A DNA stretch of 64,000 bases from Hemiscyllium ocellatum (Eukaryota): the NCBI RefSeq assembly GCF_020745735.1, contig NC_083419.1:63522135-63586134 (forward strand), in the 5' to 3' direction. The notes beneath the pieces are model-generated. The model was not told where the DNA came from and ran no database searches. It was given only the letters and a program-made list of their open reading frames with translations. Each line of letters starts with the position of its first letter. Position 1 is the stretch's first letter. The translations under genes and the position numbers were made by a program. Positions 1-11,253 of the stretch are shown in pieces.

Positions 1-630
1 AGCACATCTCTGCTTTTATATTCCAATCCTCTTGAGATAAGTGACAACATTACATTCGCTTTCTTAATCACGGACTCAAACTGCATGTTTACCTTTAGAG
101 AATCCTCGACTAGCACTCCCAGATCCCTTTGTACTTTGGCTTTACTAATTTACTCACCATTTAAAAAGTAGTCTATGCTTTTATTCTTTTTGCCAAAGTA
201 CAAGACCTCGCATTTGCTCACGTTGAATTCCATCAGCCATTTCCTGGACCACTCTCCCAAACTGTCTAGATCCTTCTGTAGCCTCCCCACTCCCTCAGTA
301 CTACCTGCCTGTCCACCTAACTTCGTATCATTTGCAAACTTCGCTAGAATGCCCCCAGTCCCTTCATCCAAATCATTAATATATAATGCGAATAGCTGTG
401 GCCCCAACACTGAACCCTGCAGGACACCACTCGTCACCGGCTGTCATTCCGAAAAAAACCTTTTATCCCAACTCTCTGCCTTCAGTCAGACAGCCAATCC
501 TCAATCCATCCCAGCAGCTCACCTCAAACACCATGGGCCCTCACCTTGCTCAGCAGCCTCCCGTGTGGCACCTTATCAAAAGGCCTTTTGAAATTCTAGA
601 TAGACCACATCCACTGGGTTTCCCTGGTCT
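1..630 (-). mobile_element. CR1/HER1-type LINE RT fragment
   Basis: ORF 150..437: SGVLQGSVLGPQLFALYINDLD...KFANDTKL...FNVSKCEVL. Confidence 0.92.
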
Positions 631-631
631 A

Positions 632-870
632 ACTCCACCCCTTTCATTACATAAATCCTGCCCCCTCCATACTTCACGTCAACTCTGAAGTAGTATTAAA
701 GTGTCATCTGGACTTGAAACATTAGCTCAATCAATTTCCATAGATGCTGCCTGACCTGTTATACCCGAAACGTTGACTTCTCCACCTCCTGATGTTGCCT
801 GGCTTACTGTGTTCTTCCAGCCTCCTGCCAGTCCAACTTGAAATCCTGCATCTGCAGTTGTTTTGTCACT
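632..870 (+). mobile_element. Two tandem Penelope-terminus fragments with decayed hammerhead halves
   Basis: ctctgaag...gacttgaaacattagct then gttatacccgaaacgttgact, each followed by a gatgctgcctg-type tail. Confidence 0.6.
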
Positions 871-1375
871 AAAGGTTAAGATTTCCAGCATTTTTCGTTT
901 TCCATTTGAGAATACCTTTTGGCTTACCTCAGGAAGGGGCAGACATGAAAAGGTGAAGTAAATTAAATAATACTTCTGCACCCCAGGCATAAAGAGGGAA
1001 AAGGCAATCAATGTTCGCTCAAATACACCCTCATTCATAGCTCCTCAGTCCTAATGGAATGAACATCCTAGATTGTTAACAGACTGAGGCACTCTGCCTG
1101 GCAAAGTTTATTCCTCTCTGAATAGCATCAACCTGATTTGAGCTCAGTGCACCAGATTTCAAAGCAAGTGCACATCTTCAGCATGACCTCTGATCAGTGA
1201 TATATTCACCACCACCTCCAATAATGTTCACCCAGTTTCTAGACAAAGGAAACACCTGAAAAACCAGACGGCCCATCTCTGGAGCCCAGCAATTGACCTT
1301 CGGTTTCTCAGCTTAAAACAAAAGGTGAGGCGCCCACTAAGTGTTGCCTCAGGATTTATAAAAAGATCACCTCAC

Positions 1376-1458
1376 CCATCGCAAATCTTCTGCACTTTGT
1401 GTCTCAGCTGGTCCCCTTGAAAGAAGATGATGAAGACATTCTTCTGGACCTTCACAAG
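1376..1458 (-). CDS. ATP6V0A4: ATP6V0A4 coding exon 7 (83 nt); gene continues beyond window start
   Basis: gtgttttgcag|[27 protein letters not shown](G)|gtgagg. Confidence 0.95.
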
Positions 1459-1504
1459 CTGCAAAACACAATGTCACACAGCAAGACGGACTAGAGTTCA
1501 TTCA

Positions 1505-2015
1505 GCACGGTGACTCAGCGGTTAGCCTCTCAGCACCAGGCACCGGGGTTCGATTCCAGCCTCAGGCGACCAACCGCATGGAGTTTGCACGTTTGCCCCA
1601 TGTCTGTGTGGGTTTCCTCCCAAAGATGTGCAGGTTGGGCAGATTGATTTTAAAATCACTCCAGTGTCCACAGATGTGCAGGTTAAGTAGATTAACCTTG
1701 GGAAATGCAGGGTTACAAGTGTAGGGGTGGTTCTGGATGCAATTCTCTTTAGAGGGTCAGTGTGGACTCGAGGGACCAAATAACCTCCATTTGCACTATA
1801 GAGATTCAATGATTTCAGCTGCTCTCACAGCAGCATTGCATGAGCTTCATGTGCATTCGTTTGTAATTGGCCAAGTTAAATTGTCCATAGTGTTCAGGGA
1901 TGTGCATTAGTCAAGGGAAACTTAGAGTAGCAGGGGAATGTGTCTGGGTGGGATACTCTTCAAAGGCTTGGTTGGGCCAAATGGGCTCTTTCCATATGGT
2001 AAGGAATCTGTTCTA
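1505..2015 (+). mobile_element. Older HE1-type SINE plus adjacent 3' fragment
   Basis: tRNA head cagcacggtgactcagcggttagc and V-domain. Confidence 0.8.
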
Positions 2016-2619
2016 ATCATTGTGGGAATTGGTGTTCAAGGCAGCCAAGTAACAGTGTCATGATGATGGAGCATTTACAGAGCGTTTGGTCAGGGGAGAA
2101 TTTCCTAGTTTTGAATTCATGCCAGGATTCTTCAACATTTGAAGGAAAGCACTTTCCAGTTTGCAGCCCTCCTTCATTACAGCATGGACATGTCAGCCTA
2201 GATTGAGCACAGATTCCCTGGAGTTGTCCCTGAATGCACATCTGAAGGAAGACAGCCGAGTGAAGCCCACACACAAAAGAAAGACAACTGCTCTGCACTG
2301 ACTTCGGCTCAACTCCATTTCAAACCAGATCAGTGACATTGCAAACATAGAACCACAACAATCTTTAATGTTAAAAATCTATGGAGAAAAAGAAACATTA
2401 GAGGTCAGACAGAACTTGAATGATCGAAGGTGTGTCAGTGTTCAAGAAGGATTTGTCCTCTTGATAACAGGTGGTCTGCACTTCTGACCTACATCTCCTC
2501 CATACCTCCACCGTTTTGGTCACGCCAATATTCTTCAACCAATAACATTAACCAAGACATTTAGGATAGACGACTCTGTACATTAACTAGAGCTTGATCA
2601 TAGAACAGCCCGATAGGTG

Positions 2620-2742
2620 TAAAGGGTTTATGCCCGAAACATCGACTCTCCAGCTCCTCAGATGCTGCCTGACCTGCTGCGCTTTCCCAGCGCCACATTC
2701 TCGACTCTGATCTCCAGCATCTGCACTCCTCACTTTCTCCTA
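2620..2742 (+). mobile_element. Penelope-terminus fragment truncated inside the hammerhead
   Basis: aagggtttatgcccgaaacatcgact...ctccagcatctgcactcctcactttctcc. Confidence 0.75.
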
Positions 2743-2985
2743 ATGAGTCCTCAGGCAAAGTAATCCTCTGGTCCCATTTCATAAAATCCCATGTGAAAGC
2801 AAACAGTTTGGCACATCCAGTCCACACCAACCCTCTGAAGAGCATTGGATACAGACCCACAGCCACATCCCTCTCCTTAAACTGTTACCCTGCATTTCCA
2901 ATGGTAATCCACAGAAGCCTGCACATCCCTCAATACTGCAGACAATTTAACATGGCCAATCCACCTAATCTGCATATCTTTGGCC

Positions 2986-4015
2986 AGAATGTAGAATGTG
3001 ACAGTGCAGTACAGGCCCTTGATGTTGTGCCAACCTGTGAAACCAGTCTAAAGCCCGTCTAACCTGTACTATTCCAATGTCATCCATAGGTTTATCCAAT
3101 GACCATTTAAATACCCTTAATGTTGGCAAGTCCACTACAGTTGCAGGCAGGACATTCCAAACTCTTACAACTCTGAGTAAAGAACCTACATTTGACATCT
3201 ATCCTATATCTATCACCCCTCAATTTAAAGCTATACCCCCTCATGCTAGCCATTGCCAGTCAAGGAAAAAAGGCTCACACTGTCCACCCTTTCTAATCCT
3301 CCAACCATCTTATACGCCTCTATTAAGTCACCTCTTAACCTTCTCTCTAATGAAAACAGTCTCAAGTCCCTCAGCCTTTCCTCATAAGCCCTTCCCTCCA
3401 TACATCTTGGTAGATCTCCTTTGCAATGCTTCCACATCCCTCCTATCACGTGGCGACCAGAATTGTATGCAATGCTCCAAGTGTGACCGCACCAGAGTTT
3501 TGTACAGCTGCAACATGACCTCATGGTGCTGAAACTCAATCCCTCTACCAATAAAAGCGAACATACTCACACCTTTTTAAAAACCCTATCAACCTGGTGG
3601 CAACATTCAGGGGTCTATGTACATGCACACAGACCTCTCTGCTCATCCACACTACCAAGAATCTTACCTCCTGTTGCTCCTTCCAAAGTAAATCACCGCT
3701 TACTTTTCTGCATTAAAGTCCATTTGCCACCTCTCAGCTCTGCAGCTTACCTACGTCCCTCTGTAACCTGCAACACCCTTCTGCACTGTCCACAACTCTA
3801 CCAACTTGTAAACTTATTAACCCATCCTTCTACACCCTCATCCAAGTCATTTATAAAAATGACAGACAGCAGTGACCCCAAAACAGATCCCTGTGGTACC
3901 CCACTAGTAACTGAACTCCAAGATGAACATTTCCCATCAACCACCACCCTCTGTCTTTCACCTAGCCAATTTCTGATCCAAACTGCTAAATCACCCTCAA
4001 TTCCATGCCTCTATT
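2986..4015 (-). mobile_element. CR1 LINE 3' end, nested in an HE1 SINE
   Basis: VMLQLYKTLVRSHLEHCIQFWSP, RLFSLERRLRGDLIEAYK and VRVWNVLPA motifs; SINE halves on either side. Confidence 0.92.
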
Positions 4016-4589
4016 TTCTGAGGAAAGAAACCAGATCACCCAGAGGAAACTGACACAGACACGGGGAGGATGTGCAGACTCCACACAGTTGCCTTGGGCT
4101 GGAATTGAAACCTGGCACCATGAGGCAGCAGTGCTAACCATTGAGTCACTGTGCTGCCCCATTTGTTGAACAGCCAAATCATGTTCACTGATCTTAAGGG
4201 ACTGACAAGACCTACAAGGGATTCAGGAGAGGATGTCTATTTGGTGAGAGGAGGGGAGGGGAGGATGGGGAAGATAAAGTCATTGGTGGTGGTCTATGAA
4301 TTTTCAACCTCCCCAATAGGAACAGAAGCAAATCCTGAATATAAAGGTTATACAATGGGTAAATAAGCTTGTGATATCTGTCCATGGATATACAGTGGCA
4401 AGCACAAGCCAAGTTATTGCTAAACATTGTGGGGGAAAGAGATGTACAGTGCAAGTGCAGTAAATTGATGAAGTATTTGCAACCAGGGATTCCCTGCATA
4501 TTCTCTCATTTCAGATTTATACCATTCCATTCTCTCATTTGACTTGATACTCACTATCATTTTTGTGTGTCAATTTAAAAGTTCCTTAC

Positions 4590-4716
4590 AGTGTTGGGAT
4601 CCTCCAAGGGGACTTCCATCTCAGATTGCTTCATGTAGACGTTCCCTCTGCAAGCTCTCCAGAGCAAGCGCTCAAAGGCAGCCATCCTCTCCCTCCTGAT
4701 CACACCAGTTATAAAC
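4590..4716 (-). CDS. ATP6V0A4: ATP6V0A4 coding exon 6 (127 nt)
   Basis: atttcag|(G)[42 protein letters not shown]|gtaagg; contains the conserved FERxLWRxCRGN motif; phase 2 to 0; absent from the ORF track. Confidence 0.96.
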
Positions 4717-5289
4717 CTGAAATAATCAAATCAGGCACCAAAAAAAAAATGACAAGTATGTATCTTGGGGAGTCATTAAACTATAGTGCGGGTTCATAGA
4801 AATTGGGGAAGGCAGTAGTGATAAGGTATTATCACTGGACAAGTATTCCCGAGTTCAAGGCTGGCGTCTGAGGTACAAATCCCAATAAACGTCTGGTGTG
4901 TAAAATAATTCTTAAAAAATTAATATAATATGCCATCGACTATGGAATAGCCTAGAAAGGGCAATTAGGATCGGGCAACAAATGCTGAACTTTCTAACAA
5001 AGCCCACGTCCCATGAAACAATAAATGAGAAAACACATTAACTTTAGTCTTGCTTAGTTACTCAAGTGGGAAGAGTATGGTGATATGTAGCACAGGATTC
5101 TTGCCCCAGTATAAAGACAATAGCTGAGGTGAGTAAGCTAAGTGTGTAATTTTGCATAATGAGCTGGCACATTGGTGCTGACAAACCATCGCATTCCTGG
5201 ATTATTTTGTCACAGATGAGATATGGGGCACATTAGCTACTCACTCACAAGCAGCGGATGGCTAACAAAAATTTAAGGGCTAAATTAAA

Positions 5290-5415
5290 ATCAACTCTGG
5301 ATGTAAGTTTGCTTGGCGAGCTGGAAGGTTCGCGCTCAGATGTGGAAACTTGCCAGGTCAGCGAGGAAACATACATCAGGAACCTCAACCCGAGTTATAA
5401 ATCTTTTCAAAAAGC
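5290..5415. mobile_element. Inverted terminus fragment of another Penelope-like family
   Basis: tctggatgtaagtttgct..gagctgg is an imperfect inverted repeat of ccaggtcagcgaggaaacatacatcagga; family assignment is from memory. Confidence 0.45.
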
Positions 5416-6669
5416 ATTAAAACCGATTCTCAGATTGAGCAGAGACTCTCAGCCAGCTTATGGGCTGTTCAAAGCATTGGGCAGGTCAGCTGCCTTATAC
5501 TGGTGGGCAGGCTGTACAGAGAGACCCAGGTTGTCTTTGAGGCCTACATTGTCCACAGCTACTGGATGCCCATTTTAAATGTTATCCATGGGTCCCCTCT
5601 CTCTCTCTCACACATACAAAATGGGAGTAGAAGTAGACCATTTGATCCCTCTATCCTGCTTCACCATTCAACAGCATCATGGCTGATATGACAATATGTT
5701 CAGATATGACATTTTTTTCCTTAAATGTTCTTAATTCCCCCAAGAGACAGGCTTGGAGCAGGGTGAAGGGTGGAGACAAAAATAACAATCAGCAGGCACA
5801 AAAGAATCATGTTCTCAGCTGTACACCACTCTGATATATCTAAAGCACTTCTTCGAAATGTAATAACCATTAGAAATGCCAAGCCTAAAATTTGTGTACT
5901 ACAGATGCCAAGACACTTAATAATGACCAGATAAACGTTTGGACACGATAAAGACCTTTTTGTTGCTCTGCATTTCTGATTGTGGACTGAAAAATCGGAA
6001 AAAGCCAAGGACTGGCTTTTTCAAAGTAAGGGACCTGACACTCATTAGAAGTGCTGTTTACACTGTTGCTGAGGGAGACCTAGTTACACGTGAGGTTGAG
6101 TCAGGGGTTTGTGCACAAATGGAGATTTGACTCGTAACAAACAGTTGATTGGGTGAGACGGTGACCACTTAACAATAGAAGAAACCTCCTGCCTACTAAC
6201 AGCTCTGCAACTGGCTCCCAGGTAGCTGGGCAGCTTAGGGTAGGGGGTGGGGTGGGGTCATTGTGGCAGTGAATGTTTGAGTCAAAAGCCATTGGACATT
6301 TGGAAAGGAAGGGACTGAAAGCTAATTTATTTACTCTCATCAGGAAGCTGTGACTTTCATTTATCAAGCCTGAGACTTTTACAAGTGCTATCCAGTCACC
6401 CTGTGCCTCCTGCAAACAATTCAAACTATATGGAGAAGGAATAATGAATTGCCTTCCCAGTCTGTCTGCCCATCACATCCATGCTATTGTGTGTTTGTCT
6501 GTGTTCGTATACCTGTACGTGGGGGAGTTTACAAGTGTGTTAGAGATTTATCAAGTAGAATTATATGTCAACTATTCATAATGATTTCTATCGTTATAAT
6601 AACTTGTCATGAATGGTAAATTTTGTTCAGCATAGAAACCTAGTACATGCCTTTTGTCATTTATGCCCA

Positions 6670-6828
6670 TTTCTCTTAGCTCTCCCAGCCCACAAGCCTC
6701 AATCCTGGGAAGGGCTTATGTTCGAAACATCAATTTATCTGCTCCTCGGATGCTGCCTGACCTGCCGTGCTTTTCCGGCACCCAACTTTCGACTCTGATC
6801 TCCAGCATCTGTCGTTCTCACTCTCTCC
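6670..6828 (+). mobile_element. Penelope-terminus fragment, decayed hammerhead
   Basis: cctgggaagggcttatgttcgaaacatcaat followed by the same tail family. Confidence 0.7.
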
Positions 6829-7026
6829 GTGCCTTTTGTCAACCTGAACTAAAGTTGGGGAATTCGGCTTTCCTTAAAACAATATATAACTGTACTGATG
6901 ACTCCAGGAACAACAGGCTGGATTCCCAGGAGATTACCCCAATGAGATTGGTAGCACTGAGTAGCATCCTCACATTGGAATGTCCTTCAACTTTGCATTA
7001 CGTCAAAGCACATCTACATCATAGAA

Positions 7027-7142
7027 ATGAAAATAGAATTGCTGGTTAAAGCACAGCAGGTCAGGCAGCATCCAAGGAACAGGAAATTCGACGTTTCTGG
7101 CAAAAGCCCTTCTCCAGCATCTGCAGACCTCACTTTTTACTA
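7027..7142. mobile_element. 116-bp inverted Penelope-terminus mini-element with 13-bp TSD
   Basis: CTACATCATAGAA at 7014-7026 and 7143-7155; minus-oriented hammerhead half joined to plus-oriented tail tccagcatctgcagacctcacttt. Confidence 0.8.
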
Positions 7143-7155
7143 CTACATCATAGAA

Positions 7156-7400
7156 TCCCTAGTGTGGAAACAGGCCATTTGACTCAGTAAGTCCACACTG
7201 ATCCTCTGAAGCGTATCCCACGCAGACCCATTCCCCTACCCTATTACTCTACATTTACCCCTGACTAATGTAGCTAGTCTGCACATTCCTGAACACCATG
7301 GGCAATTTATCATGGCCAATTCACCTGACCTGCACATCTTTGGACTGTGGGAGGAAACCAGAGCACCTGGAGGAAACCCACACAGACATGGGGAGAGTGT
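7156..7400 (-). mobile_element. HE1-type SINE, 5'-truncated
   Basis: catggccaattcacctgacctgcacatctttggactgtgggagg. Confidence 0.85.
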
Positions 7401-9242
7401 CAGTAGGAACGCACATCGCTATTATTAAATGGATCTTACTAAAATCCTTCGTGAAATTCATCCCAGGTCACATATTTTAATGCCGATGCCAAACAATTGT
7501 GACCTACAGAATCACATTGAAATTTAACGTGGTTGAATTGTGCAGTTTTGTGATGAAATTGTAGCTTTTATGGCCAATGAGGAGACAGTCAATACAACAG
7601 CCTGGTTGCAGTCAAAACACAGATACCACAGTTAAAAAGAACAGCCCTATCCTAATCTACGTTTCTCAGAAATCAAATGAGAAAAGCAATTGAAGCTGTT
7701 GTGAATGATTTGAGCTCTCCTCTGTATCTAGGTTCGGGGGAGTAACTGAGGGATGGTGGAGGGGGCATGTGAGGGGAGAGGGAGAGTCTCAGAATTGCCC
7801 AGTGTAATTTGCAGAGGGATAGTGAAGCAGGTTAGCCCATCTCCTCCATGCCACGTTGAAGCCAAAAGCAAAGTAGGAGAGAGGGAAATTTTCATTGCAG
7901 GCTACCCTGGTTAGGTTTCTCATTGAGAACCATTCTCAATGTTGCTGGATGTGTGTGTTTGGTTAAAGTGAACAACTATAAGTTTTGCTGAAGTTATATC
8001 ATTAATTTTAAACATCATTACAGTTGTTTTGGTAAATTGGCTATATCACAGGCATGAAAACCTACTAGGCAAACCTCGGAGATCGACATTGAGTTCCTGT
8101 TTCTCCGACAAGGAGAGCATGCCCTTTGTCTGGAGAGGTTCTCCTCATTTAGTGAAGGCCAGACAACTTAGGTTCAGGCTGACACTACCAAGGCTCTGAG
8201 GCCAATGAACTGCTGTGTCGGCAAGTCTTTGCTATCCCAAATGATATTGTAATGGGAAGAGTCTCTGGAATTTTTCATTCCACATCACATGACCAAAGAG
8301 TGCTGATCCATCAATCCTCAGTAGGCACCTGCCCTACGGTCCTGACTGGCAGAGGCATTGGCTTCCTGTCTCTGCTATTAAGAATAAATAAATTGCAGGA
8401 AGCCAACCTGTACTTGGAGTTGGCAACCTGCCAGATGTAGCCTAGAGTCTCCAGAGGTTAAAGATTAATTTCTTTTACAAGAAAACCCAGGAAGCATTCA
8501 TTTTCCTCTCAGTCCCTCACCCCCTTCTCTCACAAGGAGGCACACAAAGCAAAATATGTTCTTACATCAATTTCCATATGGATTTTTTCCATAGGCTGGC
8601 AACCTACTTATCAGCAGAAGATTAACATGGGCATGAACTTTCTTAAAAAAAAAACTTTCCTCTTTAGTTGTGAAAATGCTAAGTGGGATAAGGGCTGTTG
8701 AATTGTATAATCCTTGCCTCCCAAATCATGTAACAAACAGCACTTTCAACTTCAGCTAAGGTGGAGAAGTAATGCGCCAGGCAACTAATGGCAGAAGTAC
8801 AAGAGATAGGTATTTGGCAGCAGGAACAATTCAAATCTGGCAACTGTGCCAGAGCTCTGTGTGTTGGCATCTGTATGCTGGAGCTCAGCACCAGATGAAT
8901 GCCAACAGTGCCTTGTTGCTCACTGATGTTCAGCTGCTTCAGTTCCTACCAACCTATGTTGAATGTTTAATTAAAGCAGCACATCCCTATGAAGAGATTC
9001 TGTGCACACATCTGAATGGTAGGGGTTTCTCATTAATCTAGTCTGAAGAGTTGAACATGGCTTCGTGCTTCCCCATACACAACAAACAGGATCTATTTTC
9101 AATTTACTAATTAAAAAAAACATCTAAATGTATTACCTGAATATAAAAGCCAAGACAGCCTGTAACCAGTTGAAATGTGCAGAGTAACCAAAGCTGCCAC
9201 ATGTTCTGTAACTGAGCCATATCATTGCCACACTTCACTTAC

Positions 9243-9340
9243 CCTAACCTGCCAGGAGCAATCACCCCAGATGCAGTCTGCAGTTCCAATAGGTGCATTG
9301 TATCTTCACTGAAGAAATCATCAGTCAAATTCGCTTCAGT
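9243..9340 (-). CDS. ATP6V0A4: ATP6V0A4 coding exon 5 (98 nt)
   Basis: ttctttacag|TEANLTDDFFSEDTMHLLELQTASGVIAPGRL(G)|gtaagt; 'TExNLxDDFFxEDT' is a4-specific; phase 0 to 2. Confidence 0.95.
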
Positions 9341-9728
9341 CTGTAAAGAAGACATTCCATTCATTTCTGCAGAAAGACTACTCAGATGCAGCTCGAAAAT
9401 GGGGATTGTGGTTTTCTGCCGAGTCACTAAGACTGGCTGATGGATGCAAAGCAAATCTTGTGCTTTTCTCTGTGGCATTGTTTAATGCCAGGACAACCCA
9501 CCTAAGACTGGATGGCTAGGAGATCTTTCTGTCCAACAGAGTCTTTGGGAATGGTGTCTCTTGTGCCAATGCAAATAGCTTTAGCAACGTAACAGTAACA
9601 TGGATAGTTGCATGCCTACTGACATGACCACTGGACTTTTAATCCACAGATCCAGGCAACTTTTCTGACAAGAGCTGAAAACGTGTTGCTGAGAAAGCGC
9701 AGCAGGTCAGGCAGCATCCAAGGAGGAG

Positions 9729-9765
9729 AGTCAACGTTTCGGGCATGAGCCCTTCTTCAGGAATG
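9729..9765 (-). ncRNA. Minimal type-I hammerhead ribozyme motif (Penelope terminus), core intact
   Basis: Minus strand: attc CUGAAGA a GGGC-ucau-GCCC GAAAC GUU gact. Core boxes, 4-bp stem II, palindromic ACGU in place of stem III, weak stem I. Confidence 0.7.
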
Positions 9766-9815
9766 AGGAAAGTGTGTCCAGCAGGCTAAGATAAAAAGGT
9801 AGGGAGGAGCAGCTT

Positions 9816-9853
9816 GGGGTGGGGGGGGGGTGGGGGGGGGGAGAGGGGGGGGG
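9816..9853 (+). repeat. Poly-G tract, G-quadruplex-capable
   Basis: G4, G10, G10 and G8 runs with 1-3 nt spacers. Confidence 0.8.
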
Positions 9854-10407
9854 TCAGGTGTTGGAAATGCAATGTGTGGAAGGAGGTCAAGGTGAGGCCG
9901 GAGTGGGGGTGGGGGCGGAGAGGTCAGGAAGAAGATTGCAGGTTAGGAAGACGGCGCTGAGTTCGAGGGATTAGACTCATGCCCGAAACGCCAACTCTCC
10001 TGCTCCTTGGATGCTGCCTGACCTGCTGCGCTTTCCCAGCAACACATTTTCAGCTCTGATCTCCAGCATCTGCAGTCCTCACTTTCTCCTAGAAACTTTT
10101 CTGACAACCCATTTTTCAAATCCAATGGCAGATGGTGGAATTTGAATGAAACAAAAAAGTCTAGGATTAATGATGACCAAGATACCACCATCGATGGTCA
10201 GAAAAACCCAACTGCTTCATTAATGCCCTAAAGGAATCTGCCACCCTCACCTGTTCTAGTCCATGTGACTCCAGATCCACAGCAACATGATTGACTATTA
10301 ATGTTCCTTCGGGCAATTAGGGATGGGCAATAAACACTGGCCTAACCAGCAATGCCCATATACCAGGGATGATTTTTATAAGAATTCATTGGTACTCTCG
10401 TGTCTCT

Positions 10408-10724
10408 GGGCGGCACGGTGGCACAGTGGTTAGCACTGCTGTCTCACAGCGCCCGAGACCCGGGTTCATATCCCACCTCAGGCGACTGACTGTGTGGAGT
10501 TTGCAGGTTCTCCCTGTGTCTGCGTGGGTTTCCTCCGGGTGCTTCGGTTTCCCCCCACAGTCCAAAGATGTGCGGGTCAGGTGAATTGGCCATGCTAAAT
10601 TGCCCATAGTGTTAGGTAAGGGGTAAACGTAGGGGTAGGGGTATGGGTGGGTTGCGCTTCGGCGGGTCGGTGTGGACTTGTTGGGCCGAAGGGCCTGTTT
10701 CCACACTGTAAGTAATCTAATCTA
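10408..10724 (+). mobile_element. HE1 V-SINE, full length, young
   Basis: tRNA head gggcggcacggtggcacagtggttagc, V-domain, HER1-type tail ending gtaatctaatcta. Confidence 0.92.
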
Positions 10725-11127
10725 AAAAACCCCAGGAAATCCATCCTAACAATACCTTTCTGGGATTAATTCACTGGTGACTCATTGACCTTTAAGGTTG
10801 TCCTACAGGACAAATAGGAAATGGCTAAAAATATCAGACTTGCCAGCGATGCCCACATCCCTAGTGGACAGTGTGTGGTCTTCAGAACTGTTTTTCAGTT
10901 CTTGAGGTGGGAACAACTTTGTATTTGTCTGTGAGCTTTTACTGGAAATGGTGATCCTTTAACAAGGGTTTTACGCATTTTTCCAACCTGTCTTTTTAAT
11001 TGCTTCAAATCGGACTCAGTTGAAAATTCCTCCAAGCACTAGATGTGACAATATCATAAATTCACAGTTACAATCCAAAACTCCAATACTCTTTCCACCT
11101 CAGGGCACGGTGTTTGGTTAAACTGAC

Positions 11128-11253
11128 CTCAAAGAAGTCCTGTGTTTTTTTCAGCAGGTGCTTGAGTTCAGTGAGCTCCAGAAAGTTCTGTTTCAATGTC
11201 TGTTGGTTCTGATTCACTTCCCTCAGATCATTCTCGAGTTTTTCCAGAACCAC
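11128..11253 (-). CDS. ATP6V0A4: ATP6V0A4 coding exon 4 (126 nt)
   Basis: cctttcccag|[42 protein letters not shown]|gtcagt; '[10 protein letters not shown]' is a4-type. Confidence 0.96.

Larger units (their letters stand above)
9672..10093. mobile_element. Non-autonomous Penelope-terminus element with inverted 5' segment and 14-bp TSD
   Basis: About 80-bp inverted arms (9671-9749 vs 9976-10057); AACTTTTCTGACAA at 9658-9671 and 10094-10107; splits an older SINE. Confidence 0.85.

Noticed and set aside
727-1038. ORF with 'FERTL' as an ATP6V0A4 exon
   Set aside because: The real FERLLWR exon is 4590-4716; this ORF overlaps Penelope fragments and lacks the expected next-exon motif (F.A..YPCP)
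10408-10480. tRNA gene (also other SINE heads)
   Set aside because: A/B boxes continue directly into the V-domain and LINE tail; these are SINE heads, not cloverleaf tRNAs
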